Shown one piece after another: positions 1-13,419 of a DNA stretch of 64,000 nt. The DNA lies in the NCBI GenBank assembly GCA_038496445.1, contig JALMLS010000374.1:1-64000 (forward strand). Direction: 5' to 3'. This DNA is from Trichosphaerium sp. ATCC 40318. Lineage: Eukaryota > Protista > Tubulinea. The first letter of the stretch is position 1. Each line of letters starts with the position of its first letter. The notes below the pieces were generated by a model that worked only from the letters and a program-made list of their open reading frames with translations, was not told the DNA's origin and ran no database searches. The position numbers and the translations under genes were made by a program.

Positions 1-1629
1 AAACTCTCATTAACTACTGCAGTTGTATATACCAATTTCTTTAATAGATCATATGTTGGCATTTGCTTGCCAATAACCTTATCAATTTCATTCACAACCT
101 TTTGTTTTAAACTGTTAGTTGAATTCTTTTCAATAATATAAAGGAAGACAAATACAACGTTTTTTCAAATCAAACTTCTCTCTATGTAATGTAGTCATAC
201 CTTTTTCTGCTTTGCTGGATTTGCAGCAAGTAAATAGCAACAGAAGGAAGAACAAACTGATGTTGTATCTCTTCCAGCAAGCCTTGAACAATATTAAAAA
301 AATCAACTCTTTCTTATATTTGCTTCTTCGTACATGAAGTTTAGTGTTATATCTCTAAGATATCTGTCACTGAACCCTTTCTTTTTGAAGCCGTACATAA
401 CCAGACAATAAATCGCTGAGATTGGCTAATTCTGTATTGTGTTTACGCTCTTCAATGATCCTCTCAATGTATCTAACAAGTTATGTGTTAAGAAACTCTC
501 ATTAATTTGTAGCAAAAGACGCGCTTATCTAAAATCTCTAGTGCTTCCTTCATTTCTTTGTTAACGTTCTCTACAAGTCCAAAGTAGCTTAGTATTTTTG
601 CGTTTAAGTTTGTTAGCAAGGTGGTCACTTTAGTATTAACAGTATTGAAAGCTTTAGCAAATTTTTTAGATTCCTGTTTTTGGACATGCTGTTCATTAGA
701 ACGCCAAAAGCTATCTCTCCAATACTAAATAGATAATAAAAAAAGAAAGAAAATTTGAATCTAAGGTTTGTTTACTCAACTTTTGTGACGATAAATAGCT
801 TTTGAAAAAAATCACGTGATTTCAAAAAAAAAAGCCAAACATAAACATCATGAAACTTCAAACCTGTTCGTACCTATCAAACTAGAGAATACATCGTAAA
901 CATCGACTATTGATCCTGAAGATGCATGGTCATCAAGTAAAGCAATAACCTAAGACAAACGTAAATGCAAAAGACAGTTTTGTTTTTCTTCAAACATTGC
1001 CTTTTGTCCGTGATGACAAAATGTCTCAACCATCTCCCTTATCGACCTTGTTTTAAACATGTGTGACGCTATCTTTCTTTGCTCTTTCCATTTAGACCCA
1101 TCGACGTTAAAAATACCTTGTCCAAAGAGAGGCTCAAGTTGCTTAGTAATCTTATCTCCTGAGAACAAAATTAGAAAATCCCGTGTCCTGACGTTACCTT
1201 TAACATAATTCTTAAAGTTTGTCTTCAGCACGTATTCTAGATCATCAGGGTTTGCGATAAAAACCACCTTACGTCCAAAAAAGTTCCTAAGGCCCCAAAT
1301 CGGTCCATACTCGTTTAAAGTAAACAATCAACCTTGAATCAACCCTCAACATACGTACCTTTTTGAATCTACGCAATGGACGCCAGTACCTGTTCTCTGG
1401 GTCAAGTGCCAACTGAAATAGGAACCAACCGAACTCAATAGCAGGTCCAATGATCGCTACGGGTATAAGAGGGCCAGGTGTGCGTATTTCTTTCTATTTT
1501 AATTCTGTTATTTTATTGTCAATTACAGCTTGATTGTTTACTTACTCGGTAGTTATAAAACCAATATACGTTGTAAACGGCAAAAAGCACAATACAAATA
1601 ACGGCAATACCAACAGTAGTGAAGATCAT
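1..1629 (-). CDS. Cytochrome P450 (CYP86/CYP704-like clan), multi-exon, 3' end runs off the window
   Basis: ATG at 1629 followed by a TM anchor (MIFTTVGIAVICIVLFAVY). Motifs LKTNFKNYVKG, FGQGIFNVDGSKWKEQRKIASHMF and I-helix LRDITLNFMLAGRDTT. One apparent frameshift in an A5 run near 382-386. Confidence 0.9.
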
Positions 1630-2155
1630 TTTTCTCCGCCAGTACAGTAGAGTATTGTTGAGTGAGTCAGCAGCTTTGCTTACTTTTAAGTGACAGCTTC
1701 TGTGAATAGTTCAAAGCAATCTGCTTGATCGCTGTCGGCTCTGCACATCCAAAGATTTCAATTTCTACCAAGAATACAGAACCGATTTGCAAGTTTCCCG
1801 ATACCTTACTTTGTGCTTCATACTTTCTAAAGAGATGCTTCTGGAAGGTAAATGATCAGATTTTTAGCTTTATCCGGTGAATATGTGTGAGAGAGTTTCA
1901 AACGCACGTTCGTAAGCTTTCAGACGCAGAGATGACACGTGATGGGGGATTTGTTTCGCCGGTTTCTTTTTACCTTTTTTTTTTTTTGTTATCCTCTGAA
2001 AATATCTTCTTGAAACGCCTAGTATCATGTATGGGTGCCTATAAGTTCGCCCTAGTGCCTTTTTCTACTACTAGGTGATTTTGAGTTTTAAGCGTTTTCT
2101 TTTAAGTTTGAGTTGTAAGCACTTTTTATCTGGCAAACTCCAATAATAGCACGCA

Positions 2156-3169
2156 ATGCTCGTTATATCACGTGTTTTAGTAATCTTGGCATTATGTTCG
2201 CTGCTTATGGCACAGGACGTTGAGACTTCATGTCAAGCGAAAAAGAGCTGCAAGGCATGTACTCAGTGCTCCACAACATTAGGGTGCCGTTGGTGCCCTG
2301 TAGATAACACTTGCGTACCTTCTGGAACAAACAATAGTATGTGTTTTGAGGCTGAATACATGGACGAAACAAAGTTTTGTAAGGTACTAATACAAACTCG
2401 AACTTTTTCAAATCACGTGACACAAGCTACCGCACTTTTTGTTTTTTATTTGCCCGCTTGCGACGCGAAAATTTCGCGGTTTAGAGCACAGTCAGGCATC
2501 CAACGTCTAACATGGCTTTAGTGTAAACCAAAACGCTGTAGAGTAAAGTCTGGTGTTGATGCTAGCGTATGTTCATGGTATACACGAACTACAGACGGTC
2601 CTTTGCCCAGTAACACTCGCAAATGGTTTGGTACGTTTTTATTTTTAGATACTTGCGAAATGTACACTTTTTTTAATTCAAAAAAGGTGGCGACTTCCTT
2701 CCAGAGATTTACAGAAATACGGCACAGTGCGTTTGTGCAGGTAATGATCTTCCTTTGTGGGAGATACCTGTAGCTCAATGTGTCCGTAAACAAATTATTC
2801 GAGGCCATTTAGCCATCCGTCCAAGAATAAAGGTACTTTTGCTGATTTTTTTGGAAGTTCTTTTTTTTACCCTTTTGACTCCCGACCTATTTTTGGATCT
2901 AATAATTTTGTTCTTTACAGCGCATGATGAGAGCAGTTTCGAGTGATTGTACTGCATCACAACAATTCGCACAATTGATTTTTGATATTCATGAGAGAGC
3001 ATACAGGAGATGTTGTTGTTCAGGAACAATTGCGCCTATTGAGGCATGGTCCTTTCTTATATGTTTTGGCAATATATTCCCTTGTAGCATCCAAGGTCCA
3101 CCAGAAACGCCACTACCCGGTCTTTTGTGGTCAGTATTAGAGGATGGACGCTGTGGTTGTGGATGGTAA
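2156..3169 (+). CDS. Secreted cysteine-rich protein with an N-terminal PSI-like module (4 exons)
   Basis: Signal peptide MLVISRVLVILALCSLLMA and a CxxCxxC...GCRWCP...C pattern. GT-AG introns join the fragments to the stop at 3169. Confidence 0.7.
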
Positions 3170-3588
3170 AAACTTATTGTATGTATTTCTCTTATCAAAC
3201 TTAATAAAATAGCTATATATTTCTCTACAAATGTAAACAAGATCCTTTGCGATTCTTAAATTTTAGCACAAGCTTATTTAGAAGTACTTGAAATGTTAGA
3301 ATCTGGTGATGACACGTGTCATTCATAGAGGAAAAAAGCAAGTACTATCGCAGGTTTGAAGTATGGAATTAATGTAAACGCTGGATACTTTATCCATTGC
3401 TCGATACATTTTTGAACAGACTTCTCATAACAACGAAAACACGTGAGGGTAGTTTAATTGTACTTGGGATGGACCACACTTCATTGGCGTGTGTTCGTTT
3501 TCCAAAATAAAAGTAAAGGCGACACAATAATCTTGTTACAGTTGTACTGGATTTTATTTTTTTGGGTAAATTTTCTTAACTGGTCATT

Positions 3589-4890
3589 TTACAATTTAGG
3601 ACAGCCATGGTACATTGTGTTGTTACCTGGCCGAAAAACTATAGGTTTAGATGCTTTCTTCCATCCTTTGTATTCTCCTTTTGCTGCTAACTGACCTGTT
3701 TGAAGAAGTGCCTAATAAAAAACTCAGTCTGTAGTTACGGCAATCAAAGGGAAACTGCATTGTTTGGCTATTAAACATACCTTGTATAGGCCTTTATAAT
3801 GAGGCAATGATAGAAATTCTTCTATAGGCATCCACTTTGCATCTGCAATCTCACTTTCTTGCTTTGTAATCTCACTTGTGAGTGGTTTTAACATACAAAC
3901 AAAGTACATGTTCGAGCTACAACACAAGTAAGAACAATTCGATAGAGTGCTTGTCGCAGGTCACTAGGTTATAACTTTATATATGTACCTCCCAAATTGG
4001 CCCGTATGTAATTCCCTTTAGTGAGTAAGAGGCGTTGGACATTAAGATAAAAGTACAAACCTGAAAGAAAGTAATTCCAAAAATTCTGTTTCTATTCCTG
4101 TTTCTTCTTTTACTTCACGTATTGCTGCTTGCCATATATCTTCACCTGGATCAACCATACCACCTTGAAGATAATATATAAGGCATGGTTATGTTAATGG
4201 TAATGTACCAGGTGTCTTCCATAGATTAAACTTTGCTGCAGGACCATTTTTTTCTTGAATAACTAAAACTTCATTCTTGTCATTTACGACAAAACCGCCA
4301 ACACCAACTGTGAAGAATGGCCCGTTTGGTAACTTATTATCTTTATCTTTTGGTATCCAGTGTTTAAGTTGTAATGATTGTGAATTGCAAGAATGAAACG
4401 TGAACCCAAGCTTTGAATCACGTGAGCGAAACTTTTTTTTGATTTTTTTTTTGTGACGCGAACACAACCAAACGTACCTCAACTGCTATAGGGACAAATG
4501 TGGAAAGTTTTAGTGGAACATCTATCCATACCTATTATAAGTACTGTAAGCATACATTCTATCTTTATGACGCTTGCTAACCCCTTTAACGCCTTCTTTT
4601 CTCCATTTTTCAAGCGACGCTTTAAAAATCCATTAGTAATAAAGTTGCGGAGAAAATATTCCTTCAAAAACCGTTTTTAAGCGTAAAAGTAATGATTGGT
4701 AGCGTTTCGTGGTAAAGATAATTGTCCCATAATTTGAATTCGTCTGTAGACGCCCCAATGGTTTTGTATGATACTTACCTTGTAGCATGGCGCCAAATTC
4801 AAGCTCGTCCTCTGGTAGCATGTTTTGTTTTATTAACACGCCATTGTACGAATCTAAAGTAGTTGGAAACGTAGCCTGTTTGTCCGTCAT
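3589..4890 (-). CDS. Nudix hydrolase (NUDT6/plant Nudix-8-like, with pre-Nudix N domain)
   Basis: DSYNGV, GFTFH and VGVGGFVVN motifs. The spliced Nudix box reads [23 protein letters not shown]. Confidence 0.92.
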
Positions 4891-4991
4891 GGTATATTCA
4901 AGCGCGTAATGGCGTTTACAGAAGCAGAAAAAACAAGACTGACTGCACGCTTTTTTAACACCTCGCTAAGCCACCACTGTCAAATGGGTGC

Positions 4992-6924
4992 ATGATTAAA
5001 AAGGTAAGGGACCGAGTTAAACGCTTACAAGGAATAACATCTCAACATCCTCGTACGCTCAAAATATTACGCCAAAACATTATACTTAGCATCATTATAG
5101 CGGTAATACGAAAAACATTTCCAAAAAACCAATGGGCTACTGTAGAAAATCAACGAGTATTTCTGGACACAGCACTAGCACCGTATCTACCCGTTAAAAC
5201 GCTTGATGATTGGTACAGGGTGAAACAAACCGATTTTACAAAACTAGATGGCTTGACGCTTTTAAAAAAGTGCGTGGTGCTGTCTGAAACGCTTTTCGGC
5301 GTTATCTAGAAACACCTGATGATAACAACGTTTTTGACCGCGCTTTCTAGGTACAATGGCTCTGTACACCAGTTAGTTCAATCATTGTACCCAGAGCATG
5401 ATTGGGTACCATGGCAGTTCGTGTACGCCGATTTTTTTTTGAAATGACCTGTCAAATGACGTACGTCATTTTGACACATTGTAGAAATACACCACAAGGA
5501 TTTTGGCAAAGTTTATCTAACCAAAGAGCCTTTTGTGATAACGAACTAAGACAACGCCTTAATTTAACGCGTATGGAGGATATGTATAAAGTCACAGCGA
5601 TGGATATAAAAAACAATGGCGGTGTGTCATTGCTGTCAATGTATGGCAACTCAGTGCAAGCACTTCTAAGAGCTGTTTATCCTGAACATAATTGGATTGC
5701 TTGGAAGTTCAAGTACGCTAGAATCGTTGATCTCCTGGCGTTAATCATCAACTTAGAAAGTGTGAGCAACTTTACTGGCAAAAACCTCGTAATGTAAAAG
5801 AGTTCTTGTCGTGTACGTCTCTGAGACATTTATTCTTTTGGGGTTTTTTTTTGACATTTATGTTTTTGGTCCTTTAGATGTTGAAAATAAGCTTAATATA
5901 TCCACTCCTGAAGAGTGGTTTCATGTAACTGGTGCGGATATCGCTAGACATGGTGGTAGTGGTTTAGTTTCACAGTATCCTGAGTGCCTACGCATATTAC
6001 ATCCAACATATCCATGGCATGCTTTATACAAATCGAAAGAAAGAAAACCAGCCATAAAGTACTTTAATCTCCAACTCATAATCAAGTTTAACACTAATAG
6101 AAAAGAGAGAGGGTACTGGCAAAAGGATGAGAATATTCTTACATTTCTGAAAGGTACAACTGATAAAGACTCTTTTTTTAGAGTTGACATTTTTATGTTT
6201 TAAAGGCGCTGCTGCTAAGCTGAATATCCGAGTACCTGAGGATTGGTATCGCGTGTCAAAAAACCAACTGAAAGAATTGGGTGGCTCTTCTGTTATAAGA
6301 GTTTTTCCAGGGTGTCTGAAGCTTTTGTATCCAACAATCGATATAGAACAAGCTCACTTTCAATTCAACGAAAAAAAAGCAATTCAAAGGTATTTATTTA
6401 CTGTTTTTGATGAGGCTCTCGTCATCTCACAAGTACCTAGGATGCTCCGAGTAGCGATAAAGAGTATATTCCCAGACCTAGAAACGTTTGAAGAGTACAC
6501 TTTGACGCGTATTTTGCGATCAAGGACACCGATAAGCGTTGATATTTATGTACCGAGTCTTGGTATTGCTATTGAGTATCAAGGTACGTCAAGAATTGGA
6601 GCTTGCATCCTGACTCTGACAAAAAAGGCGAACACCATTACAAAGATACTTTGGGTACCTACGGACCTGCGAGATTACAGCGTTCACGAGATAAAACAAA
6701 GAGAGAAAAGTGTGAATCTGCAGGCACGTTTCAAGAGGGCATAAGTGGTATCTCAATATTTCTCTGTAGGTATAACGCTAGTGCCTATTCCATATTGGTG
6801 GAAAGGAGACGAAGACAGCGTTAGAGCAACAATCAAGCATTTTCGACCTGACATTCATGTTGACGTTCCAAAAGGCGCTAAACCGCTGTTAGATTATACC
6901 GCGCATGGCAGTGGAGTATCCTGA
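4992..6924 (+). CDS. Trp-rich tandem-repeat protein with a C-terminal PD-(D/E)XK/Vsr-like nuclease domain
   Basis: About four units of W..NQR.F.D...L....DWY.V......GG..LL..Y.......YP...W. The C terminus reads VDIYVPSLGIAIEYQGEHHY...KCESAGITLVPIPYWW after splicing. Confidence 0.75.
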
Positions 6925-7168
6925 GCCATTCTTATTCTTAAGAAAAAAACCTCATACACTTGTAAATATAAGCACAGCGGCATAGGGTCCCATAAAAATG
7001 GGAGGTTGGTTGTATTTATCTCCATGTTTTAGAGTTTTTCTTATGAATTTCGTTAAAGCTATACTGTACTTAGCGAGCGAACTAGAGCAAGGAGAAAATG
7101 AAACATAGTGTTTTTTTAAGCCTCAATATTATTTGTGTCCTCACAGCAAACAAGTGCTCAGAGGAAGT

Positions 7169-9783
7169 ATGGTAATAGCATCATGGGCGATAGGAAAAAC
7201 AAGTGAAGAACTGCGCGTACCTTTTGATGTTGTTAGCGGATCGAAATTTTGGTTTAGAACTTAAAGACTGTTGTTAAGTTCCAGCTTTCAGATAACGTAA
7301 CAGCCAGCGTTTCTAAACAGTCATCACAGCAATCAACAATGGAAGAGAAGAGCAGACCGCAAATAAAAGAATTGTTAGATGGTGTATGTTGTTAGGACGT
7401 GATAAATTTTTGCTCACTATGTACTCAGGTCGACAGCGCATTAAATACCGTGTTTGATGGCGTTCGTAGTGAAAGTATAGATCAAACAACTGTAAAAACG
7501 TTATTGGCATACATAAAAAACATTATACAACGCGGTAACGATGAGAAATACAGAACTATCCACAAAACTAACGCGGCGTTTCAACAAGTGCGTACTACGT
7601 ATCCTCTTACTTTTATTGCACTCAAGGGAGTGCTTATTATTAGTACAATAATAAATCTGACATATTGCCAGCGAATCGGTCGTTACCCAGCCTCTGTCGA
7701 TGTTCTACGCGCTGTAGGCTTCGAAGAGCGAGAGAACTCTTTTGTAATGCCAGCAACAGATATTCATCTCAGGTAAACCGCGCACCTGTTTTCCTAACTA
7801 CATACGCTCTCGTATACCACGTTAACGCATTTTTAGATTAAAAATCCTTCAGTACGCTGGACGCGTTGCTACATCGTTTCTGGCTAACCAAAACAACCTA
7901 CTCGAGTTTGAAGCCACACAGAAATCAGGTACGAGTATTTCTTAGGACGCAAAAGTGTCCTCTAACTGAGAATTTAGCTGAATCTGGATCAGCAACTGGA
8001 AAACCTGCTTTCGATTTTAATCAAATGATGGCAGCCGAAAAGAAGAAAGCACTGACAAAGAGGAGGATGGGTAAAATGAGTGAAAGTGAGCATGAAGATA
8101 GAGCTATAGGCATGCTACTAGCTGGTGTTTGTGCTGATATACTAGGTAAGATATGAGAAAAACATACTACATTTCCAAAACCTATGTTCAACGAAAAGAG
8201 TCATTGTCTTCTACCCGAGTTTTGACTTATTGTTTTAATTAGCTGCTCCATTTGATGGTTGGTCTGGTCAAGCTGTTGAATCAAAACACCCTGGTGGTGT
8301 ATGGGTATACGAGCAAAGTACTCGTGAAGACTTACCTCGTATGTAAACTGATAATGGAAACGAACATCTTTTTTTTTTTTTAAACCTCTGATCTAGGTGA
8401 ACGTGGAAGATACACTGAAAATACACAAGTACTCTTAGCAATATCACAGAGTATAATAGAGTGTTCAGAGCTTGTACCAAAAGCAGTAGCATCACATTGT
8501 ACAGGTATAGCCCAGAATCAAAGTTTTTGTGTAATCTTAGTTTTTGAACATAGAGAGATACTCAACGGATAGACTTTATAGCTCGTGTAAGCTTGTCTAC
8601 GAACTACTAAAAAGCGGTAAAGCAAACTACCTACAAAGCGCAAGAACAGCTTTACCGTCAGAGTTTAACGATGCCAGTGCACTCATACGTGTCGCACCTG
8701 TGGCATTTACTTTTCAACGCTCTGGGTGAGTCACAAATAGACTTTTTTGTTTTTTTCTTATTTGCTTGACAGGGACCGCATTCTTTATGAAGCTGTTTGT
8801 GGTGTACTGTTAACAACACATGTTAATCCAGAAGGTATGCAGATCGAGTATAGAGAGTGTAATTGTAATATTAATACTCGTTTAGCTGTGGACGGAGCTT
8901 TTGTTTATTGTAAGGCACTTGCTGAAATATTACTTCTTGAGGTTCGTTTGCTGCTTTTTTTGGCTTCTGAGGCCTTTTAATTTAACTTATTTGTTATTGT
9001 TAGGATCGTACAAAGATTGATGTATCTAAGTGGGTTAAAGAAATGGCACATACAGCAAAGACAAAAGGATTGCGGTCGAAATTGTTAAAACTTATTGCAC
9101 TTATTGATAAATTCCAGAGTGGTGATAATAAGGGTATTAGTGATCAAAAATTTTTGAGGTACATAACCATCTACAAATAGCACCTTATTAAGCATTATGT
9201 TTAATGGTGTTATAGGTTTATATCAAGCGATGAAAAGAACCAAGCAACAGAGGTATGATTTTTCATTTTTTTCGAACATTCACAATTTGAAAATTTTTTC
9301 TTTCTATTTTTTGATGTCTTTGTACCTCCTTGGAAGCGCTTTTATACCCTTAAAATAATGCCTGTGCCATTTCATGTGGATAATATACTGGGATTCGTGA
9401 GGGTTTTTGGTGGCTAGTTTGCTAACATTTTGATTATAGATGACAGTTTGTGCTTTATGGTTTTTTATCCGATATATAACTGATCCCGTTGAAGCAATAT
9501 CAAAAGTTATACAAGCAGGTGGGCGTACTAGTACATTAGCTACAGCTGTAGCAATGCTTTTCGGAGCTTTCTATGGAGCTGGATTCATACCAAGGTACTA
9601 TCAAAGAGGTAGTTGTGTACTACATTGTGCTTATTTGGTTTTTTTTTTCAAAGAATTTGGACAGAACAAATGGAACGAGATGCCTTTGATGAAACTGTAA
9701 TGGTAGCTAAACAACTTTCTACAAAGGATTTTATTGGATTTTGCTTATCAGTTGAAGAACAGAAAGCACAAAGAAACTTGTAG
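7169..9783 (+). CDS. PUB domain + ADP-ribosylglycohydrolase-fold protein (probably catalytically inactive)
   Basis: PUB motif YIKNIIQRGNDEKYRTIHKTNAAFQQRIG...LRAVGF. ARH-fold motifs DRAIGMLLAGVCADILAAPFDG, GRYTENT, ALIRVAPV and GGRTSTLATAVAMLFGAFYG. The start exon is uncertain. Confidence 0.8.
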
Positions 9784-9847
9784 TAATACACCAAAAAAAA
9801 CCCGTGTAAGAAGTTTTAACTAGTTAGTACTAAATTGTTGATTTACT

Positions 9848-11274
9848 TTAAAACTCGGGCCAAAAGTTTATCCTTAGCCCTGTATTGTCTATGCATCCTA
9901 GAGAATCAATCATTTTCTGTGTTATTTGAGTATCTTTATGAGAAATGTATTTAAGGCTTGGTAAATTAACAATTCCTGCATTAGTGATTTGTGAGCAGCC
10001 TTCTAGAGCTAATTTGTGGATGTTAACAAGACTGTTCACTCCTTTGTCAGTTATAAGCCTACAATAAGAGAGGACTATGACTTTAACACCAACTAAGTAG
10101 CTTAAACCCTCATCTGTAACAGGTGCACCAACAATGCATATTGTATGTACTCCAGCAAGTGCTTTTAAAGTGCTGTCATCAACGCAATCAACTCCTGTAA
10201 TATCTATGACTTTTACACCTGCCAATTGTTTTATCCCGTCATTTGTTACAGAGCTACAATAACTCAAGTCAATATGCTGTGCACCTACAACACATGGTAT
10301 AACATCATCTGTTATTTGGTAACAATCGCCAAGTTCTATACAAGGTATACCAGCCAAAAGTTTCAACACATTGTTTGATATCTGAGTGCAACCATGTAGC
10401 CTAATTATTTTAATTGTGTTAGTTGTTTGATTTCGTGTTAACAGATACTTTACTCCTTCATCTGTAATTTTCTTGCAGTCATTAAAAGATATGAAACTTG
10501 CATTTGTTAGAGCTCTTACACTTTTATCTGTAATGTCACATCTGTCAAGATTTATCTTGTGTACACTACTTGAAATGGCTATGACACCTTTGTCGCTGAT
10601 ATTTTCACAATCAGATAAATCAATAGTGTGTACTCCAGAGAGTGCTGCAAGTCCTTTATCTGTTATTTTTGTGTATGAAATATCAATTGTGTGGATTCCA
10701 GCAAGTTCTTGAAACCATTCATCTCTAAAATGCCCATATGATTCTAGTGTATGAATGCCAGCAAGTTGTTTAAATCCAAAACGTGTCAAGGTGCATTCAT
10801 CTTCTATATGTAGCTGCAAATGATGTACACCTGAAATATGTTCTAACATAGTATCTGTTAAGGAAATAACACCCAGTATTTCAAGGTGACGGACACCAGA
10901 GAGAGATTTAAAGTCATCATCAGTCATTGTAATATCGTCAATAACTATTGTCGTATTTTTCAACAGAGCCTTCCCGTTTAGTTTGAGTAGATTTTCTCTT
11001 GACCTCACATTCACCTCTAAATACCCCAAATGCTCTAAAATGATTGTAGAAAAGAGTTCACAAACAAACGTGGCAGATATACGGCATTTCTTGCCCAAAA
11101 ACGCCAGAATACAAAATATAATTTCTGTTGGTAGCCAAAGCAATTCTAATGGCCTACAAGAGTATAAGTACCTTTCAATACATATTAGTCACAGTTACGA
11201 AAACAGACTTCATATAAGTCTATAAAACATGCTCATTAAACTTACTCCGCTAGAACTGTTGGTGTTTGAAGCAT
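9848..11274 (-). CDS. F-box + LRR (cysteine-containing type) protein, copy A
   Basis: Short exon 1 (MLQTPTVLA), then an intron, then one long exon: F-box LLWLPTEIIFCILAFL followed by many xIxLxxCxxITDxG repeats. Confidence 0.9.
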
Positions 11275-11537
11275 ACTGGCGAAGAAATGCTATTTTATTT
11301 TTTGGACACGTGGTTTTTTATTCAAGATCTTTTCAATTCTTGTTGAACGTAAGTTGACCACAAATGCAGTAATTTGTTAAACGTTTTCCATTTTTAGTTA
11401 GAAAGACATCAAAATTGCCGTCATTTCCCTAAACGGACATAGAGAACCAAAACATAAAGTTTGGAATTAGCTATTTGGGTTAGGTCACGAGACGATTTCT
11501 TACTACTAAACACTTATGTTTATTAGAGGTGTGATGT

Positions 11538-12949
11538 TCACAGCACTTTTGGAGTATCAATCTGAGCAAATTCGTTTACATTCAAGGTAGCCATAACTTC
11601 CTCAAATGTTGTTGGTTTTTGCTTCTCATCATCTGTTTCGATAAGACATTCCAATTTAAAATGAGGCTTTGGGGCGCCGTAGAAAGCTATTGACATGCGT
11701 TCCTAAGGCATTAAAAGGTTAGTTCAAAAATGCAACGAATCTTTAGGTTTTTTCTTGTTCTAGTTGTACATACCGCATAATCTTTTGCCCATCTTACTCT
11801 GTGTGGTGTTGGTATCCATTTTTGATTTGTCCATCTGCCTAAAATGAAGCCAATATTCACAAATAAAGCACCAGGTATTGGATCAGCGTACACCTTGAAA
11901 TCAAAATAAGAACAGTGATTCGATGACAATAATTTCTTGCACCCATTCATTGTTTTTTTTCTTGACTTCTAATGATTTTGTAGCTTCTGTCATTGCCAGT
12001 ATTGTCATTGTAACAAAATCAATATGCTCAGCCATACGCATTTGTCTTTCCTTTGGAGTTGATTTTGGATAGTAATTTGCTTTCAATGCAAACACTCCAT
12101 CAAAGTGAGGCTTGATTAGTTTATCAGGGTCTATGTGTAATCCCTGTGCTGATATTCTACAGGACAGAATGGTGAGCATGGAAGCCACATGCCAAAACAA
12201 CAGACATTACCTCAACAACACGAAATACAAGTTTCTCATTGCATAGTAGTAATCACGTGTAGCCAAATCATGATCATGACATGGTGGAGGTACATTACTC
12301 TCATACAGTACATGAGATGTCAAGTCTTCTGGAGGAGGTGTGAATGGGCCAACAGCAAACCTTTCAAGGGCATCATTTGGATATCCCTTTCTACCCTTTT
12401 TGAACAAGTTTAGAAGATGTAAGAGGCCACTGGGATGGATAGAAACGTACAAGCAATGCACTAACATTTTCACCTTCATAAGGAGAATATCCACGACCTG
12501 CAATACACTTTTTGGCGTGTTTCATTTTCTCACTTACAGGTTTCTTGAAAAACTTATCATTCTCTTTGAACATATTGTCGATAATACTTTGATCAATTCC
12601 ATGACCGGTGATGTACAAACAACCAATATTGGTAAAAGCTATTAGCATGATAAGAAAATAAAGTCGTTTCAAATCACGTGTGGATTGGAACAGAAGAAAA
12701 TCTAGTGGAAGAAAAAAGAATAGGTTTCTTTGTGGCATTCATGAGTATCAGGGGGCTTTTTGTTACCTTTCTCAATAGCATCTGCTACCACTTGTTGTTT
12801 AGCGGGAGAACTTGAGTAGTATCCAGAAATATCAACCACTACTAAGCCATTTTTAAGAGTACCTGTATCACATGGCTGTTAAAAAAGGAGTGTAAGAACT
12901 GGAATAGCTTACGAACAGTTCGGTTGCTGCTATCAGGAGTTGTTGCCAT
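11538..12949 (-). CDS. 2-oxoglutarate/Fe(II) dioxygenase (IPNS/DIOX family)
   Basis: VVVDIS, GCLYITGHGI, RGYSPY, the HxD motif (AEHIDF), distal His (TPHRV) and RxS (ERMS) lie across the exons. Confidence 0.92.
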
Positions 12950-13419
12950 AGTAGTACAATGATCAGATTATACGCCTCGTAGCACCCAATAGTTATTCAT
13001 AGTGGCGAAAATGGGATTTTTGGAAACTCTAAACTTCAGCCTACATAGTGCTCAATTGTAAGAAGCACGGGATCAGTTAAATTAACCGGCCAAACTGGGA
13101 CAACTATTAATCCGGTTTTGTTGGAAACATAGTTGGTGCAAGACTTATACAAGTAGTATCTATCAACGGCGTACTAAGCTTTTTACCACTGCAGGCCTGT
13201 TGTGAACGGACTCAAACAACAGTTTTTAACAACAATAGTGGTATGTTGTTATGATTATCAGTTAGTTAACCAGGCTATTTTCATTTCTTCTCCAAGCGAG
13301 TTGTACTTCGCGCTTGTGGTTTCAAATCTCTAAACTTACATGTGACAGACCGTCACGCTAGTTGCCTGATTTTAAAATTGTGGAAAACACGTGACGAATG
13401 AGTAATAATATTGTGTTTA

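Noticed and set aside
12950-13419. tRNA or ncRNA in the larger intergenic gaps
   Set aside because: No cloverleaf, A/B boxes or recognisable snRNA motifs were seen by eye. A covariance-model scan would be needed to exclude them.
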